Positions 12,745 through 26,675 of a stretch of DNA of 64,000 bases are shown here, in pieces. The notes beneath the pieces are model-generated. The model saw only the letters and a list, made by a program, of their open reading frames with translations, was not told the DNA's origin and searched no databases. How positions within the stretch are numbered: the first letter of the stretch is position 1; each line of letters begins with the position of its first letter. The translations under genes and the position numbers were made by a program. Source of the DNA: Pecten maximus. Lineage: Eukaryota. Location: contig NC_047022.1 in assembly GCF_902652985.1 (NCBI RefSeq), forward strand, positions 30,723,465-30,787,464, given 5' to 3'.

Positions 12745-14300
12745 ATGCTCTTCCGTTTATATAAAATTGATCTGAAAGCTAGACTCAATAGCACAATGAG
12801 CAGAACGAGTTACAAACAAAACCGTGATTCTATCTCCAAATGGGATCTGTCTGTCTCATATAATGGATTTTTTCCTAGATTCAACAATGTCATTGACGGC
12901 TTCAATTTGTTTATCGCTTTTCAACAGGTTGTGAAAAGGCAATCCATTATGCTTTCCGATAAAAGTTTCCAGAAGCTATACACAAATTCATATATCAAAA
13001 AACAAAATGTCCAAGATAACATCCACAAAATCAGACAAATGACTGATGTTGTGAATTTATCTTTTGACACCAATATCTCTTTCATAGCTGCTAAAATCAA
13101 GTTCAATGGCGAACCTTTCACACACAACCAAAGATGAGCAATCGAAATCTTGTGAACTGGATCCACTTCCCACAGTTTTACTCAAGCAATGTCTTGATGT
13201 ACTGCTATCGTTGAGAACCTTAATTACGAATGAATCATTAGTTGTTTCAAGGAGGTTCATTTTAGATTACTAATAAAGAAACCTGGAATGAACAAAGAGG
13301 AATAAAGGAACTACCGTCCAATGTCAAATCTTCCTTTCCAAGATCTTGGAGAAGATTGTGTCCCTACAGAGGCTCATCTACATGTAAACAATCTTCATGA
13401 CCACTTTCCACTGAGATGGCCCTACTTCTCATCTACAGTGATATAGTTTCTTGACCAAGAAAGTACTGTCTTTATTATTCTAAACCAATCGCGGAAATTT
13501 GTTGTCGTCATAGACTTCAGTGCCATTGTTATGCCGACGACTAGCAAATGTACATGGTTATCAGACAACAAGACAACTGGAACACAATAACAGCAAGTCT
13601 AGAAGCATCTCGAAATCACATCAGTACTTAAATGAACTTCAACATGCTCAAGGTAAATCAGGAAAAGACAGAACCAATAGTCTTTTCCCGTGAGTGTCTG
13701 CACACTAAAGGTCTCTAGCTAAAGGTTGGTGCCAAAAGTATTGAGGCAGTCCAAGATGTGAGAAAACTTGGTATATAATTTGACAGCTATCTGTATATGG
13801 AGAAGAGATAAACGCTATCGCGAGATTGGATGGATTCAACAGTTCATCACAACAGATGCATGCAATATTGGTACATTCGCTTGTTACTTCTCGATTAGAC
13901 TACGTAAATCTTTGCTCTTTGGTGTATCTGCTGTTCTCAGTAGCCGCCGGCAGAGGGTCCAGAACATTGCAGCAGGCCTGATTTCCCGTACTCGAAAGAG
14001 GGGCGTATATACCGCCAGTGCTTTATTTATAGCATTGACTTCCTGTGCGTGCCAGGTCGCAATACATGATTTTGATGTACACACACGAGGTAATAAATGG
14101 ATCAGCACCTGAGTAGTTACAGGAACAGCCTTCACGATCACTACGATCGGAGACAGAATCCTTGTTATGCGTTCCAAACTTCCGTACTGTGACTTATGGT
14201 AACCTGTGCTTTGGAAAGGCGCAGCGGCCACTTTGTGGAACAGTTTACTATCTGTTATCAGGAAGTCAAAAACTCTGGTCAAATTCAGGAAGGAGGTTAA
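12745..14300 (+). mobile_element. Degraded non-LTR retrotransposon (LINE) fragment, CR1/L2/jockey-like ORF2 remnants
   Basis: The translated remnants are L-D-P-L-P-T-V-L-L-K-Q-C-L-D-V-L (13150-13200, LINE RT motif 0 'GPDGIP..LK.C'), N-Y-R-P-M-S-N-L-P / S-K-I-L-E-K-I-V-S-L-Q-R-L-I (13305-13390, canonical 'YRPISLL..SKILEKIV..RL'), V-V-I-D-F-S-A (13505, motif A-like), V-G-A-K-S-I-E-A-V-Q-D-V-R-K-L-G-I-x-F-D-S-x-L (13725-13800) and L-S-S-R-R-Q-R-V-Q-N-I-A-A-G-L-I-S-R-T-R-K-R (13930-14010, the conserved C-terminal 'LE.VQ.RAAR.I' tail of CR1/jockey-type ORF2). There are many frameshifts, stops and internal deletions. Confidence 0.55.
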
Positions 14301-14602
14301 AACTCACTTGTTTATGTGTGCTATTTAGAGTCTCTTCCAGAGGTCATGACGTTTATATATGTTTTGTACTGTGACAATAAAATGTATTATCATATTATGT
14401 AATGTGAAGCGCATTAGAGAAATTTTACAAATAAGATAGTGCGCTTTATAAATTATATTGTTATTATCATCAATTGGAAATAGCAGATGATGCATTGTAT
14501 TCTTAAATCACGTGACTGAAAGTGTGGCATGTTTTCTTCATTTGACAGATACAGCATAAGGTGTTATTCGGTGACTGTATTGTTAACTTTCGCTGGGATG
14601 TC

Positions 14603-14902
14603 TTTTCCTGTTATAGTGACATATCCTAAAGGGCCACGACAGAAATTTATATACCCTTCTTGTTACAGTGATATACCTTATAGGGACAATACAGAAATTT
14701 ATATAACATTCCTGATATAGTGATATACTTTATATGTCCTTCCTGTTACAGTGATATACTTTATAGGGCCACGACAGAAATGCATATACCCTTCTTGTTA
14801 CAGTGATATACCTTATAGGGCCAATACAGAAATTTATATACCATTCCTGATACAGTGATATACTTTATAGGACCATGACAGAAATGTATATACCCTTCCT
14901 GA
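14603..14902. repeat. Tandem repeat, ~55-bp unit (ttcctgttacagtgatatactttatagggccacgacagaaatgcatatacccttc), ~6 copies
   Basis: Direct reading. It lies between the LINE fragment and RT-element copy C. Confidence 0.85.
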
Positions 14903-14936
14903 CTTCGAATCACAGCCGTTCTCTGGTAATTAGAGC

Positions 14937-15335
14937 CTTTCCAAGAAAGACGAAGGGCGTTTTAGTGTACATAGATGTGAACCATACAGGATAGAGCATA
15001 TTTCGTAAAACACACGACTATGACTCAAAGCTGAATTTCATATCAATATATTTTTTTAGTTTGATGACCAGATCTTCGAGCATACTTTTAGCATATCTAT
15101 GGGAACAAAATATGCCACTCTGTTGGCCGACTAGTTTTTGTTTTCTTACGTGGCTTATTATAGTGAAGAGCTTGTCGGAAAAGATACCTTATGAATCCTT
15201 CAATTTCATCAATATGTATATTGACGATTTGTTTCCTTTAAATAAATAATAAAAGAGTGCTAATTTTCCATTTCTAGATAGTAACATCTTTTTTTCCCTA
15301 CCTATGGTGTTTACATGTCTCAAATGAGATCTGCA
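14937..15335 (+). mobile_element. Decayed reverse-transcriptase retroelement copy C (same family as copy A, 5'-truncated)
   Basis: It aligns to copy A 715-1330 with an ~85-bp internal deletion. The frames translate to F-D-D-Q-I-F-E-H...M-G-T-K-Y-A-T-L-L-A-D (motif B-like 'P.G...P.LAN'), N-M-Y-I-D-D-L-F (YxDD) and A-N-F-P-F-L-D. Confidence 0.5.
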
Positions 15336-16572
15336 TGCATTTCTTCTGTTGTAAATTCATGTTTCACTTATTCAATTCAAATTTGGCGCGATATCTCACT
15401 ATAGATCAATCTTCAATATAACTCTTTTAACATATGCAGTACAATAAAGCAACTAAATAATGTGAGATAAAGAAATACTGGAAACCAAGGGCCAGAAATG
15501 GCTAAAAAGGAACTCTGCATAGACTGATCACTGCTATTGTAAAGATAATTGGGCTACTAGTGCATTGTTGTAGATAATGCATGTATTCATTTCATAAGAT
15601 TAGTCAAAGGAATAATAAAATAATATTTCGTCCTTTAAGGATCGTTAGTGTCATTTAATGTTTGACATACTTAGGCAAACATTGTTGGGAAACGTATCTA
15701 TAAAATGATTTCTATGTGTTCTGAAAAATGAAAATAATGAATAATTACAAATATGGCAACGGAAGATGATTAACCTGTATTTCATTACAACATGTAAGCA
15801 ACACGGCTCTCCGGAACTGCTCGATTAGCCGGTTACTTGTTCTGGTAAGAATTTTCTAACAATCCCGATATCATATCCCTCTCGATGCTGAAAATCTGCA
15901 GTATTCTCGATTTAAAGTTCTTTAGTGTATATTTGGTAAACATATGAAGTTGTTGCTATTTAAAGTCAACTGATCTTCAATATATCGTCAATATGTATCT
16001 ATAGGTGAAGGATTTTTTTTCTGTTGCTATTGCTATATTTATGTGTTTGTGGTTTTGTAACCCTCTCTACGTGACGTTTTTATTCAGAGTTCCGTTCCTT
16101 TGGTTAAGTAGAAAGTTCCCAAATCTTCTACTGAAGTTACTTTTTATGGCGACATCCAAAGATTGATCACATCTAACATTGTGTGTTTTGGACAATGTTG
16201 TCTTTACTTCTTTTCAGATGAGTTCCATCATTTTATGAAATAGGTCTTCTTGAATTCGTTTTTTTTCGTTTCCAAAGTTACAAAGTATTCTTTCGATGTT
16301 CTTTTTCAGCCAATGAATGCAAGTTCAAAAGGTCATGCCATAAAATTGTGTATTGATAAATTGGGATGTTGATCTTACTTGGATTTAGTATATGTAAGCC
16401 GTTGTTTTCATTTCATATCGCTTGTGTTAGATGTATTTTACATTGGAGTTTGAAGACGTCCCCATTTGGTATTTGTTTTGCTTATCAAAACTGTTGTTGT
16501 ACGTATTGTTTTTATTTCATATCAAGTCATTTGGTTTATTTTGAATTTGAATTTTTTATTATTGAATTATAG

Positions 16573-16599
16573 TTTTTTTTTTTTTTTTTTTTTATATTT
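16573..16599. repeat. Poly(T) tract (~21 T, then T-rich)
   Basis: Direct reading. It immediately precedes the 62-bp array. Confidence 0.9.
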
Positions 16600-17505
16600 T
16601 TTTAAATTTTGGTTTGGTTTTGTAAGTAATTGCTTTGGTTTGTTGTTTGTTTGTAGGTCGTTGGTTTTGCTTAGTGTTAGCTATGCAATTACTTGGTTTG
16701 AATTTTTTTAATGTATTGTAGGTCGTTGTTTTATTTTGGTTTGGTTATGTAAGTCCTTGGTTTAATTTTTCATTGGTTTGTAGGCTGTTGTTTTTATTTT
16801 GGTTTGCTAACTTAAGATCTTGATTTTATTTTTCATTTGGTTTGTTGGCTGTTTGTTTAAATTTGGTTTGGTTACATGTATGTAAGTTCAAGATTTGATT
16901 TTTTCATTGGTTTGTAGGCCGTTGTTTTATTTTGGTTTGGTTTTGTAAGTCCTTGGTTTGATTTTTCATTGGTTTGTTGGTCGTTGGTTTTTATTTTAGT
17001 TTGCCCTATTAAGTCCTTTGTTTTATTTTTCTCTTGGTTTGTTGGCTGTTTGTTTTAATTTGGCTTGGTTTTGTAAGTTCATGGTTTGATTTTTCATTGG
17101 TTTGTAGGCCGTTGTTTTTTTTTTGGTTTGCTTTTCAAGTCATTGGTTTGATTTTTCGATGGTTTGTAGATCGTTGCTTTTATTTTTTGATTTGGTTTTG
17201 TAAATCCGTTGTTTGATTTTTCATTGGTTTGTAGGTTGTTGGTTCTATTTTGGTTTGGGTTTGGAAGCCCATTGTTTCTTTTTTTATTGGTGTGCAGGTC
17301 GTTATTTTTATTTTGGTTTAGTTTTATAAATCCTTGGTTTGACTTTTCATTGCATTGTTTGCACATTTAGGTCGTTGTTTTTTGTTTTTGTTTGTCCTAG
17401 GTAAGTCCTTGGTTTTGTTTTCATTGGTTTGTTTGCCAGTGGTTTTACTTATCGCTAGTTTTGTTAGTCCTTGGTTTGATTTGAATTGGTTTTGTATGCT
17501 TTTGT
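16600..17505. repeat. Tandem repeat, ~62-bp G/T-rich unit (cattggtttgtaggccgttgttttattttggtttggttttgtaagtccttggtttgattttt), ~15 copies
   Basis: Direct reading shows strong strand asymmetry: the + strand is almost only G and T. ORFs 16466-16711, 17034-17216 and 17094-17366 are translation artefacts of it. Confidence 0.9.
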
Positions 17506-20500
17506 TTAAAGACTAGACTACCTATCATTTAATATTTGATCACAAATCCGTCAAGGCACTGTTCAATGTCCATGCTTTCGGAAACTTTAGAACTCTGGCC
17601 ATGGCATCAGTTCCAGCACCCTGACCATGCATTTTATGACAGTAAATTTCATTAATATTTTGCATTCGAATCTTTAAGAAATATTCATATTTATTTTGTG
17701 TGAAACTAAAATAATAAATGCTTTTGTTTTCTGATAAATAGTACAATAGTACAATTCCTGATAAGTGACATAATGTTATTGACTTACTGTTAACGTGCAT
17801 TGTAGTGGAATCTTTTTGAGCGATTTTTGCGTTCGAAACAATCCATTAAATAAAGAATGCGTTTATTGTAGATAAAGTAAATTATTTACTATTGCAAGCA
17901 TTGCTATTAATTCATCATTCCGCTAATAGGTTTTAATTTAGTTTCGGAAAAAAAGGAAAAATGAGCGAAATTAGATAAAGAAGTATATTCACAATTTCAT
18001 GTTCCTTGATTTTCAAAACATATTTCCCAGTAAAACGTTTCTTCTGCGTCAATTGCAAAGCAATGGAGCAAACATCTATACATGGATATGATCTACAGCT
18101 GCGAAATTTTGATAAATGCGAATGATCATGATTGTATTGGCTTTCCCCCCGAAAACCATTTCTTACTACCAAACCATACGATATTCTAAGCATTATGACG
18201 AAAAAAGATTTGTTAACTGGATTTACATTTTCGGTGTTTTTGATCTCCGACTACATATTTCAATGATCTTTTGTTCTGATATTCACGTTTATCAGAAAAG
18301 TTAACTTCCGTAATATTAATATGTCAATTTAGTCAACTTACAGAGTCGGTAGTCTCAAAGGGAAAGAGCATATGTAAGCAGGTTATTTTCAATTGATCGG
18401 AACATTAATTAACTATATAAGTTCATCAACAATCAGATCGTTCATCACGTGATATCAGATTAAATGCTCAAAAACGTTATAATTTTCAAAATTGTCTTTA
18501 TTGTTGAGGCGTTCAGTTCCATAGAATTAATTCATTAATGTAAATATCAGATTGATAAATCACTTTTCAACCTAGTAAATTAATTAACATACGTATTAAC
18601 CATTCTAGTACCAGGGAATGCAATTAGAATAAAAATACCAGATATCTGTGAAATATGAATCGAATACGGAATGTCTCAAAGCACGTTTAGTGTTTCAACA
18701 ATTGCGTAGAAATTGAAAACGGGGCTAGATTGATCTGTACGAGATATGTATAACCCTACATCGACGTCACAAGAGCAGTTCATGAAATAAATAAGTTTGT
18801 TGGTGAGCTTCATCTACTGTAAATCGCTTTATTTAAAACATGTATCTACACGAACTGTAAAAGTCTAAGGTGATACTATGGACGATATCAATTCTAGATG
18901 AATTTTACTGCCATGGAAATATACTCTCCCTCCACAGCAACATATCAGAGAATGAGAGCAAACAATATTACCATTAATTCTGTTAAAGTAATGTCCACAA
19001 AATCAAATATTCACCATTGTATTAACATAAAAAGCCATGACTATGATATATGTTTCTGAGCAGCATGCTATTAGTCTAATAGAAGAGGACTTAGTTTAGA
19101 TCCCTGCCTTGTTTGTTCTCAAGGGAAATAATCAGCCTCTTCCATCCCATAGTAATAATGATACCTTTCTTTCGGGGAAGGTAAACATGAGCCAGGAAAA
19201 TAAAGATAACAGCTAGCTAGGTTTCTTTCTATTGTTCCTTACCCAGGGTTGGATTAGTCTTATCTATCGTCCTCATTTCACGTAATAGAATCTGTTTCTT
19301 GGCCATTCAAGAGGAACAGATGCCATAAATCATCGTAGTAGTGGACTTTTTACCCAGGAGTCGTTAGTGATGCTAAGAGCCAAAAGTAATCACAGGGGTG
19401 TCCAAACAAAGCTAAAATAGATCAAAAGAAATGTGAAATCTGGACGTGCAAAAGACCCACATTCTTTAACAACATTAATGGATTTCAAAAGACGTCAGGT
19501 ACATGTGTATATTCTGAATTAAACCGTGTCACTATTCAAATGAATCAAAATCGTGACAATTTGGCAGGTTACGTTAAAGTTGAGCTTTGGGAAAATTTAT
19601 AGCATCAGCAGTGACGGAATTCACTCTTATCTTTTTGTATGATACATTTTTTTTAAATGAAAGCATGAGCTAGATTAAATCGAAAATGTTTTAAGACCAA
19701 AACATTTCACTTTACATAAATGATGGCATTGCAAATTATAATAATAAAGAAAACAATGTTGTAGTTGTTAAACGAAATTATTCTAAAATTCAAAAAGGAG
19801 ATCCACATGATTAATGAGACATCATAATAAACATGTTATATATACATATTCGAGATAATCGTAATTCGAAATAAGGTTTGCGGCAAATATTACAGCTATA
19901 GGCTTCGTCAGACCTGTCTGGTACAATAGCCTAGCTCCTCCTCACCCTTTTGATTCGAAATTCATTACCGTATCAATTGTACTTCTATCAGGGAAATTGT
20001 GGTACGTACACATAAGACCTATTATAAGAAAGTACATTAAACAAAAAACACGACCAACACTATTGTATGTATACACCTGAAGTTCTATACCATGTCTAAA
20101 AGTACAATATACACATATTAAGGCAGAACATATTAATGTACCAATAAACATAATTCGTCTTTGTCAGAATTAAAGAATCATATCGTTGTTATTACCTATA
20201 AAACTGACAGATGAATCAATTTGTAGGATATCGTTATATTATAAATATACATAATTATATAAAGACTCCTAAAACACACACGTGTACAGAATGTAACGCC
20301 AAAACAACAAAGACTTTTATCACTAGAATAAAGAAACAGACTATAACGTAAACAAAATTGTGTCCCAAATATACCATGTGCATACATTGTAGAAAACATG
20401 TCTCTCTTATCGTTAGCAAACCTCATATCATTCACTGAGTACTACTGCTGAGATGTTCGTTTAACAACCGTTCTAATGGTACATATCAAGCAAGAGTTCG

Positions 20501-20544
20501 TTCTTTATTGACAGAGAAAAGATATAGCAAATGAAACACTGACA

Positions 20545-20710
20545 ATAAAATACCGCGGCGGCCATTTTTTGGAGCGTGACCCAGATTTTGCAAGTAGAGG
20601 CATATTACGGCGAGCAGAAGATCGATGGAATTTAGCTGTTACCGGGAGGTTTTATTACAAGTCACGTGACCGCGTCTGTCGGGCAGCTGTGTATGATCAC
20701 AGTGTACCAG
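20545..20710. promoter_or_regulatory. Isolated CpG-rich islet with a CACGTG E-box and a GCCATTTT (YY1-like) motif, possibly a promoter or first exon
   Basis: 'ccgcggcggccattttttggagcgtgacc...gtcacgtgaccgcgtctgtcgggcagctg' has a much higher GC and CpG content than the AT-rich flanks. No ORF is attached. Confidence 0.2.
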
Positions 20711-23700
20711 AAATAGTGACTTCCCCCAACTACAACTGATACACCACACGAACACCTATCAACTAACTCTACTGTAAGAAATAGGAACCACAGCATTGTA
20801 AACATATTTCACAGTTGGGTTTATGTCCTTTTGATAACAATTTATTGAATAAGAACAAATAGAATATTGATGCTAAGTGATTCTAGCATTCTAAAAACAG
20901 TCGATGTGAATAATTTGTACTTTATGTACGCCGGTAGATTGTCGTCTGCTATCGGTTTTAAGAACAAACGATTCTGTTTCTCATACCAAAATGTATCTCA
21001 TTCAACTGAATACTACCATATTATATTTATTTAGTATAAGTATTGGTGAGATATGGATATCTTGCATTAAGTAAACCTTGACAATAATGACTTTTTAAAA
21101 GAAATTAAGTGGAACATTACACGACAAAGCATTTCTCATTTGTATTTCTTGGGAAACGCAATGTTTAACAATGGTATCACACACAAATTGATAAATGTGA
21201 GCAGTTATTTGTCATATGTATTGTGGATTCTATAATATATGCATATATTACGTTACCACGTGTACATAAAAATGCTCAATGACTTCTTCTTTCAGAATAT
21301 GCTGTTCATAAACATAATTGTTTATGCCATTTAAATCTAATGTATGTGGCTTATTATTAAATGTCGTCTTTCATATGCTGTATAGACAGCTAGGCGTCAT
21401 ATTGAGTTATGTTTGTGTCGATCAGTCACAGCCTTCTGAATACCGACACAGTACAGGCCTTCATGCTGAACGCCATCTTGGAATTATAGCCACTCCGTTA
21501 TGGAAACGCTTTTCTTCAGTGATACGCACCGAAGGTCTAAGACGGTGTTTGATCATCTACCCCGATTGCTATGTAGTGGGATAACATTGTCATTAACATT
21601 CTTGATATCATACTGCTTAAAATCACCCATTCTTGTTATTATATGGATTGAATAGATTTTTTTAATTTTCATTGCGGCTATGAATACCAGTAGCTAGCTA
21701 AGACCGTATTTAGGACCACGTTTTTCGGCATAGCCGTCTAATTTTCTTTTGGCCCCTGGATATGACGCGACAGGTGGCGTTCTGGTCAAGATGAAGTATG
21801 TGATTGGTCAATGTAGCGGTCAATGCAAAATGCAGATATACAGTTAAAAACGAAACTGTAAAGTTAAAGGGACCTCACGGTAAACCAATATCTATTTTGT
21901 ATTTTTTATATTATTGGGTATATCTTTAAAAAATAAATAACCTTCTGAACAATGACCATTCGAATTTGATGATGTATATACATAAAAACATCAATTATTA
22001 AAAGGTTATCACCCTGAATATGCAAATGTTGTGACATATACGGAAAGAAAAATGGCTTCCAATGTGAATCGACTGCGGTTGAAAACTATAACAGCTTCCG
22101 CAATGAAGAGAATAATAGGAAAATGGGTCAAACACAATCCTAGAATTAAACTTGGGAAGCTGTACAATAGATTGTAACAGTTCAAACATGAAAACAGCAG
22201 TAATACGGACGCCGCTCGTATTCTGCTTGATTGTTTGATAGTAGGTCATGATAATCTCTGTAATATTTACACAAATACAGTCTGTACCAGTACATCGCTA
22301 CTGTCACTATACTATATGAACAGTGTTTACACTTATTTACACATAAATAATATTTACAGAGCGTGTTATTTAACATTTAAACCACTGTGTATAATATCGT
22401 TATCCAACTAACCCAGATGGAATATAGATATCGCCTTGTAAACTATCGTGTGTTTGTGTTGCCACGATTTCAAAACAGTCACGTAATGATCTAAAAATAA
22501 TTTCCGCGCTAAATTTAGAGGGGGATTCCCAACTAAATCGAGTGGTCAAGCTGGACATAGGGATTGACTGTGAACATTGGAACAGCACAGAAACATAACT
22601 GGAAAGGAACAAAACGCGTACATTCAGTGAAAATTGCAACGTTTTTACCGTGATGTCCCTTTTAAATTGAATGCAAGCTGAATAAGTGGATGCATCTTTT
22701 CAAATGACACATTTGCAGTCTTATTATCACCAAAAATGATTCAAACTGATATAATTTTGTTATCCGTGCTGAAACTGCGCATTTATTAATTACATCGTAG
22801 TTCGTTAATTTATTTCACCAGTAGTTTTACATTATAACCACCAGCATTAAAACTATGCCGTTTATCTTTTTTAAAGATATTTCTTGTTTCGTACTCATTT
22901 TTATTATACAAAACAACTCCATAACATATATTGAAAAATCAAATCTACAAAAGGTTCTCATTTGAATGAATTAACGCGACTATTGAATCACACATATCAT
23001 TCTTCTGATGTGTGTCTTTATTTAAACGCAATTGCATTGTTTTGTATTCTTCATCTGAGGTTTTTGTGACTTTAATGTTGCTTTGATGTCAACTGTTTAA
23101 CAAAGACTGATGGTGAGATATCATATTGCTATACTTCTATATCTTCAGTGCAGTGTTATTATACAATGCTAGTTTTAACAACCTTGTAATTATATCTTAA
23201 ATGGTGAAATAATCCGTTGATAGGTACGTACATACAAGTCTCGCATGCATCAACAAGTAATTCAAACAAATTGCCCAGGATCTATTGTGATATAATACGT
23301 ATGTGTTCAGAATTAGTAGAGCAAGGCTTTGATCATGCTAATTCATGTTTTTGTACCTTGTTTGGTAGAAACATTTAATTATTTCTTATGATAATTTATA
23401 AATGCTATATGAATAATGTAGTGATTATATTTCAATGGGAAAATTGACGTTTTTTACATGATTTATTCCTCTCCTTACCAGAGTTATCTGGAATATTGTA
23501 ACTATGCCAAACAAATGGCTGAATTATTTGGTTATAATAACCATTCAACCAAAGATCCTGAGCTGTAATTTCAAGCAATGTTCAAATGGCAACATTCCAT
23601 CAAGATGTGATATCAAAGATCTCGGATCAGAGAGAACGAAGACCTGCTAATTGTAATTTAACTGTGTGACCAATCGAAAATGAATATAAACATTAATTGT

Positions 23701-26675
23701 GTCTTAAAATACTCAGCTGAATTAAACATTCACACAATAACAATGTTATAATACGAGGACGGGTGTCAAACCACTAGGGGAAAAAACTAGTAGAAAGCTT
23801 AGATTGGAAAGAGCTTGAAATACAAGACAAAGAAATAGAATTTCGTTAAATGTTAGAATGGAAGCAGAAAATCATGTGTATACTCTAAGCAAGGTTTTAT
23901 GAAGTTTTCAGTTATCTTTTCCCCCAAAACAGTTGTTTTGACTGATTACATTGTCGATGGGATATCCTCTCTACTTACAATAAAATCAGCAGAGACAGTC
24001 TACAAATCAGGCGTTATGATAATCATGGATATGTTGATTTCCGGTATTCTATTCCAAGATAGCAATTTCCCTGTTTCTCCTATCTACGAAGTTTACACGA
24101 GAAAACCGATATTCAAGGACTTGTTCTCATTTTCAAAACAAACCTTGACCTCAATGAAGACGTCAATGAAAAATTACCGCTGGCTTCATTATCTCATTGG
24201 TATTTTCGATTGCAGTATGAAAAACAGACATGTTCGATGGTTGCTGAACTTTCATTCAGACAAACAAACGCCTCGGATTGGAGCTACATTTTATATATCA
24301 CAAACGCTAGAAAATCCCATCCAGTTTGGTATCTAAAATACTAAATTTCAAATCCACTGAAATATTTTACAAGAAAGAAAGGGTAACTTCTCTAGATGCA
24401 AATATGTTGAAATGGATAGACTTGTCATTGCAATTTAGTGTCAGGGAAAAGTGCTGTCGCATTGACAATACCCGGACATAATTTCTTTACCATCAATTCT
24501 TGCAGTATATGCAGTCCAGTCCTAAAAAGAATCATTCGCAGAACATTTAACATTCCAAGATGACAAAGAGGAATCAAAAGGGAAGTGGCGCCATGTTAAC
24601 ATATTTCCCTTGCCACACAAAATGATACAAAGGATATTATGATTTACTGTTAGAACCATCTTACTAATTCGTTATTTTAACTATTCCCCACCCGATCAAA
24701 AAACATATATATATTTAAATATTATATATAAAAAAAAAATATCTAAAATGTAGGAATGACGTTTTAAAATGAAAAAAAAAACCTCTCTCCATCTCTATTA
24801 AACTACCCAGATGTGTTTCTTAACTCAAATTTGATTTTTTCACTGTAAAGAATTCAAAGAATGCCGAATTTCTAGCAAGCGAAAAGACGACCATCGTTTT
24901 CCATTAAGCAAATACACAGATGTAAACTATTTTGTGAAAGCACGACAAAAGATGTTGTCAATCTTGTGTTCTGTAGGAGGATTGTTCAGCAAATCATTGA
25001 TATATCTATGGGATATCAGGTATATTCAATATACTTCTATCAAAAGAACGAAAAACTTCAATAAAGACCATGCAAATAAGTTTAAGATTATATTTTTTTA
25101 TAACAAGAGATATAACCTTTCTATTGTATGTGCATGAACGCTACCTGATCGAGGTGAGCACGTGCTCGTCTACATCAGACCTTTCGATCTGACCATACAA
25201 CACGAATAACGACCTCGTATTACACAATAATATATATAAAGTAGAAGGATAAAATGTATAATGAAACCATTGATGAAATATGTCTAGGTAGCTTTCATGT
25301 ATAGGAGCAGATGAACGGGGATACACTTTAGACAATGATTTATCACATAACTAACCTGTTTTACCATTTCATATGGCCATAAAATATCGTATGATACATA
25401 AAGTAAGTATATGACATCACAATGAGTATGTGACGTCATACGATTGAAACGCCTACCGTCCGAGGCGCCATTCAGAAATAACTTTGACAGCTAATACGTT
25501 TATGCTCATACCTTTATGAAAAACGTAAATATCGCGTAAAACGTGTCGTTAGTCAAACGATTTTTTTCATACCCCTATGAGACTAAAAAATATTGACATC
25601 AGGTCTAAAAGAAATACTTTTTGTGTGATAAAAAAATCTTACACTCGTGGCTAAGTTATATTAAATTTATTCTACTCGTTGGATAATTGCATTAGCCACC
25701 GACCAAAAGGATAACATAGCCAGTCACGTCACATCCTCTGTTTATTACCACCCTTGGATTGGCAATTTATTAGATTTTTTCTACTTTATATTTGTAAGTC
25801 TACTTCTGCGATACAAAACTGACGTGTATTCCTGCTGTTGTCCATTTTCTTCTCATCTAGAAAACATGATATTCTCTAGATATGCTCTAATTTTATTGAT
25901 GAAAATTTTGTTGATAAGTGTCCGCGTATGTTAAAATGCACAGTAATTCTCTATGTGAAGTAAAACAAAAAACGGAGAATCGAATCGCGAGATATCTTGA
26001 TATTTAAAAAAGAAAGAAAGATGCGACTGCTACGGAATCCTCACCAATGCTTACCGTTTGTTAAAGTGCATGATAAAGATATTTCGCTCATCAAATGTCA
26101 TCGTATGACTCAAGTTTAATCCATGCAGCTTTTATTTGTATATCAGAAACATGCAGTGAAAACATGACCTAAATGCTATCCTAATGACCGATTGTTAAGT
26201 TTGGTAATTGACTATTATAGTCCTACTAGCTTGTGTAGACTTTACTGTACATTTAGTCGTTTCAGTCTTGTTTGAAGATCTAGTTTGAAGTCAATAAGGA
26301 CTACTCGCTACAAAGACGGGTGATGGTTATTACAGATTATCTTTTGTTATGATACGAGAAGAAAAACAAAGAGGTATATACGAGGAGATAACATTAAAAC
26401 CTGGTTCTGAGGAGTGTGTCTTGGCATGCTAACTAAATGGTACATACGATTACGGGATTACGTGAGTAGAAAAATCGATTGACGGTCATCAATCAGGTGC
26501 AGCAACGTTGGGAAAATGTCAGTAATTCAATGTATTGAATAAATCAATATTTGATAAACTTCATTTATATGAGAAAGAATAGCTACATGAAAAAATCACA
26601 TAAACAGATTTATATTTTTAAATGTTAAACGTATAATTGAAAATATTAATCATTCAAGTTTGCCGATTCTAAAAT

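Noticed and set aside
12745-13137. 130-aa ORF that might be a stand-alone gene
   Set aside because: It lies immediately upstream of, and on the same strand as, the LINE RT remnants. It is most likely the decayed endonuclease or linker region of that LINE ORF2.
23899-24336. Longest ORF in the window (145 aa, + strand)
   Set aside because: It has no recognisable domain or motif, its composition is typical of AT-rich random sequence, and its length is well within the chance expectation for 64 kb of AT-rich DNA in six frames.
25380-25450. Small inverted repeat 'atcgtatga…tcatacgat' with an internal TGACGTCA (CRE-like palindrome)
   Set aside because: The arms are short (9-10 bp) and there are no further copies. 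Random occurrence in AT-rich DNA is plausible, so it is not strong enough to call a regulatory element or TIR.
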